DNA from: the human T2T-CHM13v2.0 reference genome, Homo sapiens
Assembly: GCF_009914755.1 (NCBI RefSeq)
Contig: NC_060936.1
Strand: one strand, 5' to 3'
DNA length: 64,000 nt
Shown here: positions 58,560 through 64,000 of the stretch, one piece after another
How the letters are laid out: every line of letters starts with the position of its first letter
Numbering within the stretch: position 1 is the first letter of the stretch
Translations under genes and position numbers: made by a program
The notes under the pieces: generated by a model
The model's input: only the letters and a program-made list of their open reading frames with translations
Databases searched by the model: none
What the model was told of the DNA's origin: nothing

Positions 58560-59013
58560 TGTAGGAGATGGTCAGGTTGGTAGGAGAAGCTATAAGGAAA
58601 GACGCAATTGGAAGGTCGGGAGGTTTTCCAAAGCTTCAGGAGAGAATAAAGCTGAAGGCAGCTTTATTAATTAATTCTCTTACCCTGAGGCTGAGGGCGA
58701 ACAGTAGGTAGCAAGGGAGTGTAAAGGAATTTATCTAGATAAGTTTGTTTACTTATGCCCTCCGGAAATCATGCAAGACTGCTCCCTGCAAAGGGGGGCG
58801 ACAATGTTCATTACTCACAAATTGTGTTGGCTTCAGGCCTTTGGTATTCTGTCTCTACTGAATAAATACAAATGGTTCCAGCCTATCAGGACTGCACTCT
58901 CTTCTCGGCTGCACTAAAGCTGGCACTCCCCCAGCCGTTCTCATGCAAAATACCTGTGTCAGAATACTCCTTTCATCCATCACTCAGCCAGAGTCTTCAG
59001 GACAGACTCGGCA
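58560..59013 (+). promoter_or_regulatory. 3' LTR (LTR22-like)
   Basis: TGTAGGAGATGGTCAGG ... GACAGACTCGGCA; AATAAA at 58861. Confidence 0.92.
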
Positions 59014-60456
59014 TGGGACTTGTCCAAAAAAATTCTAATCAAAAGAGGAAAATTTTGGAATATGCCAGGAATAGTGGAATTTTATTTTTTAAATTTTTTT
59101 ATAGGCCCATATGCTCTATCTCAAGAAACAAGATGATTGTAACATGTCCATGATTAAACTATTGGCAGATTATTGCTGTGTTAATCTCTGTAGTCTAATG
59201 AGTTCTTTGTTCTGTTCTGCTGCCTTTTACGTTTTCTTGTCCTTTCAAAAGTGTTCTTGAAAGAAACAAAGCGAATAGGCAGTTAGCACAGCACAGCTAC
59301 CCCTTACCAAGCAGTCTATGGAAACAACCCCTCATCCAAATCATGGGTTAGTTAAGAATCTAACTGGGGCAATTAAGATGAATTCCACTCACTTCCTGGT
59401 CACTTCAGCAGCCCAGCGGCATTGAGCCAAAATATACAATTCTGTGTTATTAGTGAGGAAACTTTAAAACTCATGTTTGTTATTACTTACTACCCAATTT
59501 CATTATCCTCCCTTCCTCTTTCCATTTCTATTCTCTCTCACTTGAATTCTGGCATTATTTTTAGTGGCCTCTACTGATAATACCTACCCTAGAGTACATA
59601 AAAATTATATTAAAAGAGGAAGTAGCAGTATGCATAATTTTAACAGATTCTATAATGGGTGCCTCAAAATATGTATTGTGCCATTCCGCAAATTTAAAAG
59701 CTAATTGAGGACAATTTTTTTTTAATTTCCTAAATGAGACCACCTTGGATTTTTATTTTTGCCATTTAGATGTTTATACTTATTTAGCTTTTATAAAACA
59801 TAAGCCAAGCTAAATCCCACATAACAACTCTGGTATTCTTCCCTCATATGAGCAGTGATTTTATTTGTTACCCACCTTAGATAGACTAAGAAAGTTCTAG
59901 TCTTGTTTCTCCTTCTCCCCGCTTCCCTGGGGGTTTTTCCTTACCATAAGTATTCTGGTCCGAGGGTTCAGTTCCTTTAGTCAAGATGTCACAAGTTTAA
60001 AAACAAAACTTGAGAAACTACCAAAGGCTCAGGAGTTGTCCACTTTGTTGAAATCCATTAAATTAGAGAAGTCTCACTAACAGATGTATTTAAATATAGG
60101 TACAACAAATAATTTCTTTTTCTCCCCTTCCCCAAATTACAGTCAGCATTTAAAGCTGTTTATGGCTTGCCATCAGCATTATTCTGGTAGGCTTGTTAGT
60201 GTTAAAATCTATTTGATTTTTTTTTTTTTTTTTTGCCTCTTAAAGTCTAATTTTAGGATGGATGAATTCAGATGTTTACCAGAGTGTGTATTTTACATAA
60301 TGTTCTTGATTAAAAAGACTTGTTTGTAAATTATCCGTTGTTTTTGCATATGCCCAGTTGATGTGATAAAATTTTCATTGTCTTGCCATATAAAGCCTTG
60401 GTTATCAACAGGTGGAATGTAGATATTGTAAAGCTTTTTGTGAATTAAAAGTGCAA

Positions 60457-60462
60457 AATAAA
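60457..60462 (+). terminator. Candidate distal polyadenylation signal
   Basis: AATAAA at the end of an AU-rich repeat-poor stretch, followed by T-rich sequence. Confidence 0.5.
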
Positions 60463-60622
60463 GCAACCACATTTAAGTAGATTGTCTTTTCTCTTATTTT
60501 AACAGGGTTAACGTATTTTGCTAAAATGTGGGCTTTATTACTCTGTACTGCAAGATTACTTCTTAGTCTTCAGTTCACCTACTCAGCAGCAGGATAGAGG
60601 AAGTGTGAGAATTGAAAAACTA

Positions 60623-61525
<903 letters not shown>

Positions 61526-63168
61526 ATTCACTCTGGGGACTTAGGGAGTCTTCTGAGAAGTAGTTAAGAAAGGTGGCGCCTGATACAGTAGTACTCAATT
61601 GTTGTGTAATTATGAATCTGAATTTCAAAGAATTGTAGGATCAAGGTCCTCTATCTTTGTAATAACTCCTGGAGGGCAGGAAACTTGTCTTTGGGACTCC
61701 AGTTCTTAGCATAGTTTAAAACGTAGTAGATACTCATATTTGTTAACTTAAAGGGGGCTTCACAAAGGAAATTATATTTGACCCCTGGGTCTTGGAGGAA
61801 TATGACTTATTCAGGCAGAGAGGGGAAGCATTTATTAGAAATCCAGGAGGAGGAAAAGGTGTCCTGTGTCCTGAAGCTGTGTGCTGAAGATGACAGGGGA
61901 CGAAGGTGGGAAAAGGTAAGTTGAGAGCAGAATGGGAAGGATGTTGAATGTTTATAGCTTATTTACCCTTTCTCTCCTACTTAATGAAATTTGGAAACGT
62001 TATCTATGTAGTATTCTTGCAAGAGATGTGGATTTCTCATAGCCCTCAGCAACTTCACAGATCTAGAACCTCTTGAAGGAAGGGGAAGCCAGATCTCCTT
62101 AAGGAAAGACTCCGCTGTACTGCCAAAATATATTTTGGTTTCAGCTTCACTTCCAGACTTTCCTGTAATGGATCCTGAGTTCCAGGGAAGTCTCTGACAG
62201 TTCTTTGGCAACAGTTTTGGAGATGATGATCTGATCATCTCTGAAGTATTCATTCTAGACAAGATTCAGTGCTGCCAGCAGCCAGCCACCCAGGTTGCTT
62301 TATAGCTGTAACCCTGCTCAGGCTGGCTCGTGGAGTTCCTGAGAGTAATGGCCACTCTCTGCTTGCCAGGTCAAGGCTTGTGGGTTATGCATGATGTATT
62401 TGTCACCTTCTTCCTGCCTGTTCTCTTGAGAGCACTGATGTATCAGTTACCCAGTTCAGTGGAAAAAAAAAAAAGGGTAGGGGTGGACCAGTAACTGAGG
62501 TAGTTAACACAATCTGTTCTCCCATTTTTTTCCATGGTAATAGGGGTTGACATTGAATAACATGCCTGCCTAACTGGGACTGTATTTGCTGTTTTCCTTG
62601 TAGTTTTAGGTGTGATGAAGCAACTAAGTTTTATGGAATTTGAGTGGAAATGCTGCTAATTCCAGGTTGGGAACCTGACAACAGTGACTGTGCCTCCTCC
62701 ATGTTCTTTTATCCCCTCCCAAAAGTAGCAATAGCAATGCAGCCTTGATTTTTTTTTTTTTTTGCAGAGCCACAAGATGGAAGGAACCTGCATAACCACA
62801 TGGAATAGTGAACTGTTATGTGAGAGCAGAATAAATGCCTTTATTCTTTAAGCCACAGTTTTGTTTGGTTTCTTGTTATAGCAGCTTACTTTTTGCTCAA
62901 ACTTATTGATTATTTTTGTCAAATAACATCTAAGCATTCACTTCACCAGTGTAGGCCCTGAGCAGGCCGCACCACTCCTGCTTTTCCATTGTAATGGAAA
63001 TCTTGGGGTAAGGGACTGATTCTAAAAAAGGCTTTGAATTAAGAATTTTAAGCCGTCTTTTAAATCTTGGTAAGTATTGTTACAGCCTTGTGAACATTTG
63101 TATAGCAGCAGACACAGCCTCATTATATAGCATGTTTTTTTTTCAGCTCTGTTCCCACAGATTGATGG

Positions 63169-63943
<775 letters not shown>

Positions 63944-64000
63944 GAAAGTATGAATCTTAAATGTTAATAATTGTTTTAGCACTTTTCAATAATGGAACCA

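Larger units (their letters stand above)
54056..59013 (+). mobile_element. HERV-K(HML-5)/HERVK22 (HERV-M) provirus, internally deleted, 4958 bp
   Basis: TG..CA LTR pair, TSD TCGGAC/TGGGAC, Met PBS, betaretroviral gag/pol/env remnants, PPT 58541-58559. Confidence 0.92.

Noticed and set aside
61981-62262. 93-aa minus-strand ORF in apparently unique sequence
   Set aside because: No recognisable homology or exon structure; length expected by chance

Overview
Human genomic DNA: Alu/L1-rich, with a near-consensus AluYa5. The window holds the 3' half of PPHLN1 (periphilin-1, a HUSH complex subunit) on the + strand. There are two internal coding exons (5505-5624, 10768-10908), a ~42 kb intron and a terminal coding exon (53172-53366). 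The intron carries an antisense, 5'-truncated FXR1 processed pseudogene joined to a tail-less Alu inside a Tigger/MER21 nest, plus two L1PB-like copies and many SINE/DNA fossils. A U6 retrocopy lies in the preceding intron and an HML-2 LTR opens the window. The main result is a sense-oriented, internally deleted HERV-K(HML-5)/HERVK22 provirus (54056-59013; paired LTRs, 6-bp TSD, tRNA-Met PBS) downstream of the normal stop codon. An internal donor in the last PPHLN1 exon can splice in frame through three proviral exons that follow a betaretroviral rec-type double-splice pattern. This gives a periphilin-Rec-like chimera: a retroelement-silencing factor fused to a retroviral RNA-export-like module. 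I recall HERV-derived periphilin exons being reported before. The Rec-like reading and its functional consequences are my inference. Repeat family names come from recalled consensus sequences, not a search, and most repeat boundaries are approximate. Nearly all ORFs in the supplied track are repeat-derived noise.
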